Source: Octopus vulgaris (taxonomy: Eukaryota). Taken from it: a stretch of DNA of 64,000 nt. Positions 30,843 to 44,420 of the stretch are shown piece by piece. A program made the position numbers and the translations under genes. Location of the stretch: the NCBI GenBank assembly GCA_951406725.2, contig OX597831.1, forward strand, positions 11,904,001-11,968,000, written 5' to 3'. The notes below the pieces were generated by a model, which saw nothing but the letters and a program-made list of their open reading frames with translations, was not told the DNA's origin and searched no databases. How positions within the stretch are numbered: position 1 is the stretch's first letter; every line of letters begins with the position of its first letter.

Positions 30843-31025
30843 TACATTAAAAGGCCTCTAAAAGAAGAAGCAAGTACTAGATACATAAAAAGTGGATAAA
30901 TTCAATGAAATGAAAATCAAAAACGCTTACAAACATTTTTGATTTTCATTTCATTGAATTTATCCACTTTTTGTGTATCTAGTACTTGCTTCTTCTTTTA
31001 GAGGCCTTTTAATGTATTTATATAT
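30835..31025. repeat. Near-perfect fold-back palindrome (arms about 85 bp)
   Basis: TACATTAAAAGGCCTCTAAAAGAAG...TCAAAAA / TTTTTGA...CTTCTTTTAGAGGCCTTTTAATGTA with a 12-nt loop. Confidence 0.95.
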
Positions 31026-31109
31026 GAATAACATATAGTCTAATGACTAATTTGTCTTTTGTGCTAGATCACTGGTAATAATAATTTATTTTATTACCCT
31101 TTTTACTAT

Positions 31110-31184
<75 letters not shown>

Positions 31185-31687
31185 CAGAGAAGGCGAGAGT
31201 AAGAAATGGCTGGACGAGCAGAGGCATAATAAAGAGAGAAATGTTAGGCAGAAAGGGTGGACAAGAGCAAGGAACAAAAAGTCATTTCGGGGCCAACGGA
31301 AATAATAAGAACAGCGACAACAACAACAACAACAACAACAACATCAGTAAAAACAACAACGACAAATGAAAGGAGTTGATTATTGGTACTTTGGCAAAAA
31401 AATATATTGCAGGCTTCTCAAAGCTGAACGGAATTTTAGAAGCGAAACATAATCTTCTGTTAATCGGAGGAACGAAGCAGTCACGTTAAGAGAATGTGAT
31501 TATTACCTTCTTTAACAAGAGAGTTACCTAATTATGTTTTCAGCGATATCGGGTCAAAGGTTATGTCCGGTCACGCAAGACGTTAGTAACAATTATGTGT
31601 ATGTGTGTGTGTGTGTGTGTTTTATGTATGTGTGCATATGTGTGTGTATGTACACAGACACAAATACACACATACACACATACCCAC

Positions 31688-31945
31688 GGACATATGGCGT
31701 AGTGACTAAGAGCGCGGGCTACTAACCTCAAGATTCCGAGTTCGATTCCAGGCAGTGACCTGAATAACAATAATAATAATGATAATGATAATAATAATGA
31801 TAATAATAATAATAATAATAACATCGAAAAAATACCTTGGGAATGAGAACCCAAGTTCGAAATTTCCCCAAGACACCTGATAAAGGCTGGAGGGTAAATC
31901 AACCGAAACGTTGTGTTAACAACAAACAAGATGAGGACACACGCA
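31688..31945 (+). mobile_element. tRNA-derived SINE with a hammerhead-like motif in its 3' part
   Basis: A-box TGGCGTAGTG (31695), B-box GAGTTCGATTCC (31738-49), (AAT)n linker, then GACAC-CTGATAA-A-GGCTG..CAACC-GAAA-CG-TT-GTGTT at 31872-31917. Confidence 0.72.
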
Positions 31946-32288
31946 CTGGTAAAATTGCCACTTATTTCTTTTTTTATTTTTTTGCGCCAAAAGAAAATGA
32001 CTCTCCCCAGACACAACAGAATACACTTCAACACACGAACTCACATAAAGAATCTTGCAAACCAAATCCCAAAACGAAACTAAGATGAGAACAAATATCG
32101 GTCAAATGTATATAATGTATTTAACCGGTTCTTATTTTTATCGCACCCCAAAGGATAAAACGCAAAGTGGACCTCGGTGGAATCTGAACTCAGAACGTAA
32201 AGACGGACGAAATGCCGTTAAGTGCTTTCGTGCGACAGCGTGCTAACAATTCAACCAGGTCACCGCCCAATTATCACTTGATACAGAA

Positions 32289-32372
<84 letters not shown>

Positions 32373-32423
32373 GATGTAAAAAGAGGTGTGTATGAAAATA
32401 TGGAGGATGATAATTTATACATT

Positions 32424-32469
<46 letters not shown>

Positions 32470-32693
32470 AATGATAAGGGTAGATATTTATATGAAACAA
32501 TTAAAACTAGTGGGTTACCGTATTTAAAAAAATCCAAAGATTAAAACTTGTGTTACGTACAAAATTAAGAGGAATAACCACTAAGGTAGACACCTAATAT
32601 GCTAAACATAGACGTCAAATCGCCATTACCACGAAGAGTGTGTTCTCAAGAAATATCTCAGCAAAACGCCAAAATGTAAAAATGAGCAAGACA

Positions 32694-33431
32694 GGGTCTT
32701 TACCTTTTGACCTACAGATTTAAAAAAAAATTTTTGTAACTAAACACTTTCAAATTTCGGGCACTGGTAGAATGTGTCATATAAAACATCTTTTACTCTT
32801 AGCATTTTTGAGAAAAATTTATATTTAGGAAGTTATTTCACGTTAAAGTTGTCGTATTTCGGTAATTTCAACCAATCAATGACGTGTATTCAGCTGAACA
32901 AAATTACTGCCGTTGTTTGTCAACAACAACTGTCGGCGGTGTATATTTCGTTTGTCACTGTTATTTATGACATCGTTCATGCGTTTGTACTGGTTTTAAG
33001 GTTTTAGGGTTAGGGTTTTAGGGTTAGGGTTAAGGTTTTAGGGTTAGGGTTATCATAAATAACAGTGACAAACGAAAAATACACCGCCGACAGTTGTTGT
33101 TGACAGGTGTATCCTCAGAATTGGTCCGTTCATACTGGCCATTCTTGTGACATTCACCCACCTTTCAATAAACTTGCTACCAGACAGCTCTTCCCTCTCT
33201 ACTCTCATCAACGGCAGTAATTTTATTCAGCTGAATACACGTCATTGATTGGTTGAAATTTCCGAAATACGACTACTTTAACGTGAAATAACTTCCTAAA
33301 TATAAGTTTTTCTCAAAAATGCTAAGAGTAAAAGATGTTCTATATAACACATTCTACCAGTGCCCGAATTTTGAAAGTGTTTAGTTACAAAAATTTATTT
33401 TTTAAATCTGTAGGTCAAAAGGTAAAGATCC
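32694..33431. mobile_element. Foldback MITE, about 275-bp TIRs, 8-bp TSD, telomeric-repeat spacer (Merlin-like?)
   Basis: TSD GCAAGACA at 32686-93 and 33432-39; termini GGGTCTTTACC / GGTAAAGATCC; TTAGGG and TTTTAGGG units at 32994-33052. Confidence 0.9.
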
Positions 33432-33672
33432 GCAAGACAAATGAAAATATGGTTTTAATTGATTAATATCAATTTCTGCCCTTATTATTTAATTTTAAAT
33501 AAAAATGTTCCCTAACCGGTAAATTAGCAGCTGAAATTTATTAACTGCAGAGTTATTTCCGGCCACAGCGCGCCAAAATGAAGACATTTGAAAAATGTAG
33601 CTCTTTACACATGCTGTATTTCGGGTGAGTATTCAGTGTCTAGTTCTGGAAATTGTGTCTTGTAAGCGACAG

Positions 33673-33749
33673 ACTACGCTGACGATCTTGCAGATATCTG
33701 CGTGTTTTATATACGTACATATTAACAAGTGAAACCACGGTACGTAAGT
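33673..33749 (+). ncRNA. Type I hammerhead ribozyme motif, intact core
   Basis: TACG-CTGACGA(33679-85)-T-CTTG...CAAG-T-GAAA(33731-34)-CCACGG-TA-CGTA; predicted GUA cleavage after 33742. Confidence 0.78.
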
Positions 33750-33937
33750 AATCACTTTTTATTTCGTATATTTTCATTCGTCTTGCTCATTTTTATATTT
33801 TAACGTTTGCTGAGATTTTTCTTGAGAACACACTCGTCGTGGTAATGGCGATTTGACTTCTATGTTTAGAATATTAGGTGTCCACTTTAGTGGTAATTCC
33901 TCTTTATTTTGTGTGTGTGTGTGACCTAGAGTTTGGG

Positions 33938-33987
<50 letters not shown>

Positions 33988-34344
33988 CCTAAACTCTAGG
34001 TCACAGTTTCGAACCAGGGTAATTTACATAGGAGAACCATCTTTTCATGGAAAAAGTCACTTCAAGTAGATTATTTTCTTTTCTGTTGTTTTTACCTAAA
34101 ATTTGCTCCTTTTGTCACCAGATAAAACCTCAAGGGCATTGTCTTCGCATAAGGCACAGAAATAAACTTCAGAAAGGAAAGAAGAAAAAACAGACGGACT
34201 TTCCTGGTGTATTTATGTGTTTCTGGTTTAATGTGAAGTGTTATCAGATAATTTAGTTTCGTCTATTTGATATCCTGGTGTTATAGCATAGCACTGACAT
34301 TCATTGCCCTTTAGTCGTTTAGCTGCGTATCACAAGTATGTATG

Positions 34345-34386
<42 letters not shown>

Positions 34387-34465
34387 CATATGTGTGTGTG
34401 TGTGCGTGTGTGTGAGCAGATGTAAGTTTACATATGTGTGTGTGTATACATTACATACATACATA

Positions 34466-34845
34466 GGCGTACGAGTGACCGTGTGGTAAGTAGCTTGCTT
34501 ACCAACCACATGGTTCCGGGTTCAGTCCCAGTGCAGGGCACCTTGTGCAAGTGTCTTCTACTGTAGCCTCGGCCCGACCAAAGCCTTGTTAGTGGATTTG
34601 ATAGACGGAAACTGAAAGAAGCTCGTCGTATATATATATATGTGTATGTGTGTGTGTTTGTCCCCCTACTATCGCTTGACAACTGATGTTGGTGCGTTTA
34701 TGTCCTCGTAACTTAGCGGTTCGGCAAAAGCAACCGATAGAATAAGTACTAGGCTTACAAAGAATAAGTCCTGGGGTCGATTTGCTCGACTAAAGGCAGT
34801 GCTCCAGCATGGCCACAGTCAAATGACAGAAACAAATAAAAGAAT
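34466..34845 (+). mobile_element. CORE-type SINE, full length
   Basis: Family motifs from head to tail. Confidence 0.9.
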
Positions 34846-35401
34846 ATACATACATGTGTGTGTGTGTTCATCATATATATGCATATATGTGTGTATATGC
34901 TGACATACACTGTGTGTGTGTGTGCATTACATTACATACATATATGTACGTGGATGCATACATACACGCATACACGCACATACACACATATATACACACA
35001 CACATACACCCATACATACACCCACGCGTACACATATACACACACACACACACATATTTACACACACACACGCATACACACGCATGCATACACGTCTAAA
35101 CACACACACACACACACATACACAGACGCACGCGCCCGCGCGCGCGCACTTGTTCGCAAAGTTAAGTCGGTGCAAAGTGAGTCGTATAAACTTTAATCGT
35201 TTGTGTTGTTTCACACTTTGGATAAAGTTTGATAATGGCGGTGGGAGGAGAGGAAAGGGCGGGGGAGAGGTAGTGATGGAGAGATGTGTGGAGGCGGGGG
35301 TGGAGGCTGGGTATCCGGTTACCGTGTGGATGGGGGTGAGGCCGGTGCTGTTGGTGGAATTTACAACAACGAACCAGATAAATGATCTCCATCATCATCA
35401 C

Positions 35402-35451
<50 letters not shown>

Positions 35452-35933
35452 CCATCATCATCTTCATTGTCTTCGTCAATGGTATAGTCACCCCCCACAC
35501 CACTTCTCTTTTCTTTGTCTCATATTTTAAACAACTTGTTGACTATAATACATTGACTTTAGTTCTTAAGCGACATAACCCTCTGTGTACTTGTGTGTGT
35601 GTGTGTCTGTTCGTGTGCATGTGTACGTGTGTGTGTACGTGTGAGTGTGTGTTCGCGTGCGTGTGTACATTATATGTGTACGTGTGTATTTGAGTGTGTG
35701 TGTGCTTGTATGCTTATGTACGTGTGTGTGTGTTTGTGTATGCACGTGTGTGTACGTGTGTATGTGTACGTATGTGTGTATACGTGTGTGTGTGTTTGTG
35801 TGTGTTTGTGTGTGTGTGTGTGTGTGCTCTTCTGTTTTTTAAATTCTTTAAATTCTTCCTCTGAAAAAGAAAGAACTGTTTTCTACCAAAGATACAAAAC
35901 TCCATCGCTGGAATGCGGATAGCAAAAACAACG

Positions 35934-36274
35934 TTACACTTCAAAAGTGAGAAAAGTCTTGCATACTTTTACTGTTCCACTTAACTGATTGTATTTCTAA
36001 ATCGCAAGTTAGATTGTTGATTTCTTCTCCTGAAGACCCTGGTTTATCCAGATTGTCACTCAGGCATTTACACACAAGACCAAGTGCACCGATTATTACT
36101 GGTATAAATGTGAATTTACAATCTTGATGCTGAAGCTGGAGGTTCCGAAGCGGTTGTCCATTGTTATCCGCTTTCTCTTTGGTTTTTCAAAGAGATATTC
36201 ATGTTAAAAAGGACAGTTGGCCTCCATGAAGGTACATAACTTTTTTCCTGTCCGTCCCAAACGACAATATCTGG
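35934..36274 (-). pseudogene. Restriction-like endonuclease C-terminus of an RLE-clade non-LTR retrotransposon, degenerate
   Basis: With frameshifts reads PDIVVWDG..KLCTFMEANCP..MNISLK.KEKADNNGQPLRNLQLQHQDCKFTFIPVIIGALG...GTVKVCKTFL, fitting the PD..(D/E)..K RLE motif and the P.IIGALG motif. Confidence 0.72.
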
Positions 36275-36996
36275 CATGGGACACTTTCCCTTGAAAGATG
36301 TTTTCCAGGGAATGCTCCACTAGTCTTCCTTGGGTTGTTCGTGCAATGTGTTCAATAATGTAATCATCATCATCATCACCATCGTCACCATCATCATTTA
36401 TCATGATCGTTGGTTCGATTTCTAGGTCGAGCTGTACGTTGTGCCCTTGAGCAAGGCACATCAATTCTCATTGGACCTGTCAACTCAACCGGAAATGAGC
36501 ATCAGCTGACTACTGGTGCAGCCCACTTCTCCCCACCCTTCTCTCTCTCTCCCTTTCTCTCTCTATCTCTCTCTCTCCCCACCGTCTGTCCTTCTCTCCA
36601 TGTTCCATTCGATTATGGGTGGGAAACTTGAAAAAGATTCTATGTCTGCACTTGGTTACCTAAGCAAAACATGGAAGGTGCATCTACGATTTACTCGCTT
36701 GCAAGTGACGGCTGTACAATGTACGAAATGAGTGGGGTTTTTTGTATATGTATGCATGTATGTTGTACGCATAGTAGCACGCTAACACCCGTACACGTAT
36801 ACTCATATACACACATAAACACAAGTATATATATATACATACATACATGCATACATACATACATACACATACATACATACATACATACAAACATACATAC
36901 ATACATACATGCATACATACATACATACATGCATGCATACATACATACATACATATTCACATGCATAAACATCATATATACACACGTGTATGTATA

Positions 36997-37033
<37 letters not shown>

Positions 37034-37115
37034 CGAAAAGGAGAGAGAGAGAGAGAGAGACAGGCAGAGAAATAGAAAGAGGGAAGGTAAGTGCTAAACA
37101 TACACACACAAATAC

Positions 37116-37163
<48 letters not shown>

Positions 37164-37468
37164 TTGTGTGTGTGTTTGCGCACACTTACAAACAAGCTCT
37201 ATAACGCACGCACACACACTCATTGTGTGCGTGTGTTTATGCGCATGCACGAATCGGATTCATCTGAGCGCCGCTGGATATTTTATAGTTTGTTGTGATA
37301 CGCTGTTGCGATATGTTATCAACGCTATAAAACAACCATTCTGTCGCACAAACATAAACAATACGATATCGAATATAAACGGAACACTTCTTGTTGCCAT
37401 TGTGATTCTCACTCGATTCTTTTTACATTGTATTAAATGTCACACGAGCGCGTACATATGTCTGTATA

Positions 37469-37549
<81 letters not shown>

Positions 37550-37713
37550 CTATATATCTGTTGTTTCCCCAGGAGAGATACAATAGGAGGACTCAATACA
37601 AAAGGTGTGTGCTCTTTAGTATATTTTAAGTGGAAAGCTCCAATTTCCAGTATTCAGTCTTGCTCTTAGTTCGGGAAATCTAAGCCTTTCGGCTATAATA
37701 ACTTATATATATA

Positions 37714-37785
<72 letters not shown>

Positions 37786-37830
37786 CATACATACATATAT
37801 ATATAAGGCATTATAGCTGAAAGGCTATAG

Positions 37831-38046
37831 ATAGATCGTTAGCCACTACACACATATTTTTCTCTCCTTGTTTCTGAAGACAGTTGGTGTACAAAGCAAA
37901 CAGATGTATTAGTATAACACTCAGGAATAGAAAAAGTCTTTTACGTTTCGAGCCTACGCTCTTTTACAGAAAGGGACACAGAAAAAACAAGGAGAGAAAC
38001 AAGAAGAGAAAAAATGTGTGTAGTGGCTAACGATCTATCATGGCGA
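37831..38046 (-). mobile_element. Hammerhead-bearing short repeat with an inverted partial copy
   Basis: Minus 37973-37938: CTTT-CTGTAAA-A-GAGC-GTAG-GCTC-GAAA-CG-TA-AAAG; 37831-37873 is the inverse of the 3' end near 38000-38038. Confidence 0.7.
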
Positions 38047-38311
38047 CGATATATATATATATATATATATCGTCAGTAGTTCTTATATCCAAAAAATAGG
38101 CACATTCTAAATGTAAGACCTGTAATAGATCTTTTAGGAGGTTAAATGTTATGCCAGGTCATAGAGTGACCTTAGGTTTCGGACCTATAAAGCGCCTAGT
38201 AGTATAGGAGACTAGATAGACAGATAAATAGATAGATACATACATACATACATACATACATACATACATACATACATACATACACATACATATATATACA
38301 TATATATACAT

Positions 38312-38362
<51 letters not shown>

Positions 38363-38410
38363 AGTAATACCAGCGATTATAATTATTTTTATTTTATCGC
38401 AATTTGATTT

Positions 38411-38453
<43 letters not shown>

Positions 38454-38917
38454 CATACATGAATATATAGATATATATATATATATATATATATACATAC
38501 ATATATAGATATGTATGTATATATATATATAAATTTATAAATGAAGGTGAAAAATTTGATATTAATTTAATAATACCATCAGTTTAACACCAAGTGGCTT
38601 AGCACATAAAATTAGGGAGATAATACAAATTTATACATAATATAATATCTTATAATTTATGTATATATATATATACAATTATCAAGTACTCACCCCGAAT
38701 TTCTATATATATATATATATGTAGGTAGGTAGGTAGGTATATGTATATACACACACATACAAACACATAAACACATACACACACGTGTACGCATCTTTGC
38801 AGGTAGATAAATACACACACGCACATAGATATATGCCTGCAATCACACATATATAAGTACATATATACATATGTATACACATACATACACACTCACATAT
38901 GCATATATATATATCAT

Positions 38918-39630
38918 AGCTGTCCACTCGTGACCGAGTAAGACCGCCACTGACCATTGTCCATGCAAAAGGTCAGCAATGCCCTTGCATGGTCTTAATC
39001 CATCAGCAGTCGTCTTCCTCAGGGTTTGAGTTCGCAGCTTCCAAGATGGCCGCTGCGACTGAACGTCGGAAAGTTTCTTACTCGCTAATTGCACAACCTA
39101 GAATTTTAGACCCAACAAGGCTTCTTACAGCAATTTACAGACTCTCTCCACTCTTCTGACATGGTCCAAAGACAAACCAGGTTTAGATATCTAGCGTCAA
39201 TATGGCTTTTACATTCTCGTGAAGGATGGAGCACCACGATCTCAAACGAAGGCAAAAGAATCGCCCCTAAGTGTTCAATGCCATTCCTAACCTGTCTTGT
39301 TTGATATAAGAGTGACATTCTCCAAGGGACATACCTTAACAGAAGTTATGGGGTGCCTTACTCCCAGTGGTCTTCCAGCACACCGAACACCAACCCAGAA
39401 TCTTTAAGGCCCTTGATGTTGGTAGATAGTCGCTGAACCTTCACTATGACCATCCGTCCTTTTAAAAGATTTTGTTTTAATCTTGCTGGGTTTCTAGCAA
39501 CCCTCCTCACCGGGTAAACCTAGTGCTGGTTCCCGTTTAGGTGTCAACGACCCAAACATGCAAACGGTTGTGCTGGATTCCTTGTCACCGACAGCACATA
39601 TGACGGACCTCACAAATGATTTGACGTGCA
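38918..39630 (-). mobile_element. Putative RTE-derived non-autonomous retroposon
   Basis: Balanced-composition non-coding island; minus end GGTCTTACTCGGTCACGAGTGGACAGC resembles an RTE 3' tail hairpin; classification from recall only. Confidence 0.35.
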
Positions 39631-39636
39631 TACATA

Positions 39637-39812
39637 GCACTCCGTCGGTTACGACGACGAAGGTTCCAGTTGATCCGATCAACGGAACAGCTTGCTCGTG
39701 AGATTAACGTGCAAGTGACTGAGCACACCACAGACACGCGTACATTTAACATAGTTCTCGGGTAATTCAGCGTAACAGAGAATGTGACAAACCTGGCCCT
39801 TTGAAATACAGG
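39637..39812 (-). mobile_element. 3' half of a third tRNA-SINE family
   Basis: Matches the body of the copy at 57440-57670 (GCCAG..TTGTCACA...CTATGTTAA..GTACGCGTGTCT). Confidence 0.7.
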
Positions 39813-40671
39813 AACTACAAAGTTTTGCCAGATGATTTGAGCCGATGAGTTTCAGCCGAAATTGCGAGGATAATCTGGTGCTTGACTGAGGATTCGAATG
39901 ACACGTCCTTGTTTTCCTTGTATCGTCTATCTGGATGTCTTGTTTTGTCTTTTTTTGTATCACCTCACTATCCGGATGCTTTGCGTTCTTGTACCATTTG
40001 TATTCTATATATATATAAATAAATAAATATATATATATGATATGTGTGTTTGTGTCTATCCCCCACCATTGCTTGGCAATTGGTGTTGGTGTGTTTGCGT
40101 CCCGTAAACTAGCGGAGTGAGGCGGCGGAGGCAGACACAAACACACACACACACACAAATATACGGCGGGCTTCTTTCAGTTTCCGTCTACTAAATCCAC
40201 CCAGAAGGCTTTGATCGGCCCCAGACTGTAATAGAAGACACTAAGCCGCAACGCAGCGTGACTGAACTTGGAACCATGCCAGCTTCTTACCACACAGCCA
40301 CGCTTGCCTCTATGTGTCTTACGTATGATTTCAGTCTTAATAAAGCCTCATAGAGTATTCCATTGAACTCCTTGTCGTCAGAGAACAGATTGACTCTGAC
40401 TCAAGTCAGAGTTTTAAGAAATAACAACTCACATGACATCGTTACACTCGCACACAACAGAAGCCGTTATTTTTATACAAAGGGAAGTAACTCTGTGCAT
40501 CCAAGTTACTTCCCCTGCAAAACCGACTCAACTTTTCTTACGTCTCCGCTGTTTATTTTTGAAAAGCAAAACTCCAAATTTCATTTGTGAAGACGTCTTC
40601 AGCTCCTGGGTCGTGGATCATTTGGAAACAAGGCCTCACAGAAAGAATGAATTTTTTAATTATATTTCTAA

Positions 40672-41056
40672 CTAGCAGTATCGCCCGGCGTTGCTCGGGT
40701 TTGATTCGACCCTTTAGAATTGGAATTTTTGAAAAGTAAAAATTTTGCATTATGTAGCTTGTTATTCTCTTTAAGGGAACATGCTTCTGGTTGAAATACA
40801 CCGAAAATGGCGACACAGCAGTCAAAACATCGTAAAAAATAAGGATTTTCAAAGAAAATAAAAAGCACCTTTTTGATGTAAATAATTTTTGGTGTTAACA
40901 TGGTCCGATTTGAATTTTTTCTTCTACGGAATGAAGAGCAACCCTTCTTCTATCATACTCTCAATTTTGGTCAACTTGCACTGCAGGGTCTCGGAGAAGA
41001 TAGTGTTAGTTGAAGGCTACCAAACCTGCCACACACTTCAGCTTTATATATATAGA
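40672..41056 (-). mobile_element. Non-autonomous Helitron
   Basis: Minus strand starts TC, ends CCCGAGCAACGCCGGG hairpin + CGATACTG-CTAG, inserted between A and T. Confidence 0.85.
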
Positions 41057-41539
41057 TAATATATCGACGTATGCAAAGTGATTTTGCATTATTTGTCTTA
41101 AATATGTAATATATATGCATCTTATATGTAATTATTGATATCTATATTATACGCTTCATCGTGTTTTGTTATGCTTGTGTTTCCCCGGTCTGTGTAAAAA
41201 TTATCCTGCGTGAAACCGGCCCGTGGTCCAAAACGGGGGACTGCAGTATTAGGGGTTATGAATGTAGTCATTTAGAGCGATCTTCTTTGTATCGCAGGTA
41301 TTATTTAGCCCCTTCCCCCTCGGAGCATATAAAAAGAAATGGCGAACTGCAATGACAGTAAGGAGATGAGAATCTTTTGAGGGATTAACATTGTTTCTAC
41401 CATTTCCAGGGAATATCTGCCTTCGTTTCGCGTAGCCTCGTGGCTTATAAATGGGGTTTAAAAGACGGAAATTGAATGGAAGCGTGTTGTAGGGATATTT
41501 AAGGGGGAAAGCGGGAAGATGAGAAACTGGGAGGAAAGA

Positions 41540-41579
<40 letters not shown>

Positions 41580-42272
41580 GGTTGGGGAAGGAGCAGTGCC
41601 CATTATTTTACAGGACCTCATGAAGTTCTTCAGATTCTTTGGTTTCTTTCGAGGACCATGGATGAGGCCATGCTGGAGTAAGGCAATTAAATGTTTCTAT
41701 AGAGAAAAAAAACATATACCGTAATTAGCCAACATACAAGTATAAACATTAAAACATCATTAATGTCCTTCCAAATCCTGGTGCATTTCACATGGAATTT
41801 TTGGTCCTCTGAAGTCGTTTTGGTGTATAAGCCGTCCTGCTTTTTTTTTCTCCATTTTTTCCCTCTGGATATCTTGTTCTAAAATAATTCGATTTGTATG
41901 CTGGGAAATACGGAAGATGCAATAGTAGAAGAAATGGTTACAGCTTCTCAGAAGCACAGATTGCGAAAGCATGGTGAGGAGAGTGCGATAATCGATTCGA
42001 AACAGTATGATTCGGAATTCGATCTCACTGCGAGACAATTTAGCCTAGGGTTCCCCTCCATATGTTTCGATGGGGAAATTTGGTATTTGGTAGGAAGAAG
42101 CAATGTGGGAGTTCAGTGTGTGTGTGTTTGTGTGTACGTGTGTGTGTATATGTATATGTGGGTGTGTTATTTTTAATTGTTACAATATTACAAGAGCGAT
42201 TCAAGGATCAAAGAGTTCGACCATGGCAAATATACATACATGCAATATATAAATAATTACATATACACATAG

Positions 42273-42363
<91 letters not shown>

Positions 42364-43113
42364 TGTGTGTATGTGTGTGTGTGTGTGTGTATATTCTTAC
42401 ATACACACATATATATATTCTTACATATATATATAATATAAACAATATATAAATATATGCATATATCCATACATATATGTACATACCTACACACATATGT
42501 ATATATACATACGTACATGGGTACTGGACACACGTGACCAACGGCCATCCATCTTTCATTCTTCCACTTCCTTCCTAAAGACAAGACGTGCTTTTATCTG
42601 TCTCTTCTCAAAGCTTGTTTTTCCAACGTTCACCACTTCACATCGTCTTGGCTTAGCAACCCTCACCGTTTGTTTTTACTGTTTTGTTCTCACTGTCCTG
42701 TTTTTGTTACCACTTTCACCCTCCGCAAAAAATCCCAAATTTTATTTAATTTGCTTTGAAGGAAGGACTGTTTTAGCGAGGTCGCGTCTTGTCCTTGCCT
42801 TCGGAGCGCGAAGTGGATAAAACGGGGGAAACTGATGAAGGGAATATTTTTTTCTGTTGCATGTCTCGTTTCTCTGCTTGTTTGTTTTTTCTTTTGGTTG
42901 TTCGAAAAAAAATTCGTTTTGTATGTTTTTGTTTTTTATGTTCTTGTTTCTCATTTTGTCTACGTTTTGTTGATGTCCTGTACCCATATATGCACGTATA
43001 TATACATATGTATGTAGGTATGTACATATATGTATATATATATATATGCATATATTTATATATTGTTTATATTATTATATGATCGAACGCCACGCATCCT
43101 TTTCCAGGTAAAT

Positions 43114-43170
<57 letters not shown>

Positions 43171-44302
43171 TCTTACATTATATTACCTATATACGCATGT
43201 ACTTACACACATTTGTGTACATAAATACACACACACACACACACACACACACATATGTGTGTGTGCATACATACATAGATATGCGCGTGTGTGCGCGTGC
43301 GCTTCTGTGAGTGGGTTGTATGAGTGCGTATGTATGTGTTTGTCCCACCAACGTCTGACGACCGGTGTTGGTGTGTTCACGTTACCGTAACCCCAGCAGT
43401 TCTAGTAAAGATAACCAATGAATAACTTGCTCCATACGTTAAAAGCAAGTACTGAGTCGGATTTATTCGACTAAGCCCTATACAGGTGGCGCTCCAGCAT
43501 GACTGGCAGTCTTATAACTGAAACAAAGAAAAGATTGCACGCAATAATAAATCTCTGAACGAGATGTAAACAGTAAATGCACGACAATGTAAAGTATACT
43601 AGCCATCTCAATGTGGCTAACCAAAAAAGATTTGAGGAAATACTTTCATGGGACATAATTCTCTTGCTTTCTCGAGTTGTTTCCCTTGCAATTTTGAAGT
43701 CGTGTTCACCGTAAATTATAAAAGATCTACATAAAAATACTGGTTTAAATTATTTTTTAAAAATTTATTTCACTTTTATCAGAAAGAAAATTGAGTAAAC
43801 ATTCATTAATGAAAGGAATCTAGAAAAGTTAGGGAGAGGACAACATGAGAGAGAATAAGAAACAAAACGGGATGACGACGACGACGAGGACGACGGTGAG
43901 GAGGAGGAGGAGGAGGAAGAAGAAGAAGAAGAAGAAGAGGGAGAAACCAGCAGTAGCCGTCAGCCACACAAAGACTGACTCGACCAATATGTACATAAAA
44001 ACCATTACATACATCCATTCATGCATACATACATACATATATACATGCATACATACATACATGTAACACACTGCCTAGATACCAATCTTGAGAAATTAGG
44101 CTTCTCAAAACTAGAAAGGAGAAAGCTAATTCGAACACCATAGATCCAGTCCATCACTGGAACTGTAAAAATCTGTAAAACTTTCCAGAGGTTTAGCCTT
44201 TAAATATATATGAGCATTTCTAGATATGCAACTATATGCATGAGAATATACAAATAAAGCAAAACACACGAATTTGCACACATACATACATACATACATA
44301 CA

Positions 44303-44334
<32 letters not shown>

Positions 44335-44420
44335 AAAATACCCTGTTGTTGATGTTGAAATTCCAATGAAGGAGCTTTGAATCTAGGTTAGAAACTGACT
44401 CTTTCTGTATTGGCAAGAAA

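Larger units (their letters stand above)
32558..33912. mobile_element. Penelope-like terminal-repeat element with inverted ends, hosting a MITE
   Basis: 32558-32693 plus 33440-33450 is the reverse complement of about 33768-33912; the right copy extends upstream into a hammerhead. Confidence 0.75.

Noticed and set aside
31688-31760. tRNA gene (also other A/B-box heads)
   Set aside because: No full cloverleaf or terminator; these are SINE heads
32994-33052. True telomere or chromosome-fusion scar
   Set aside because: Short, single orientation and inside a TSD-flanked MITE
39838-39870. CCGATGAGTTTCAGCCGAAATTGCGA hammerhead-like string
   Set aside because: Core mismatch and no UH/helix I closure; only a family consensus could rescue it
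41690-41880. Minus-strand peptides resembling a homeodomain N-arm (KKSRTAYT) or a terminal TM helix
   Set aside because: Frame stops before any helix 1-3 signature; no supporting exons
42825-42875. CTGATGAAGGG in a T-rich repeat-like segment
   Set aside because: No GAAA half found; left unclassified
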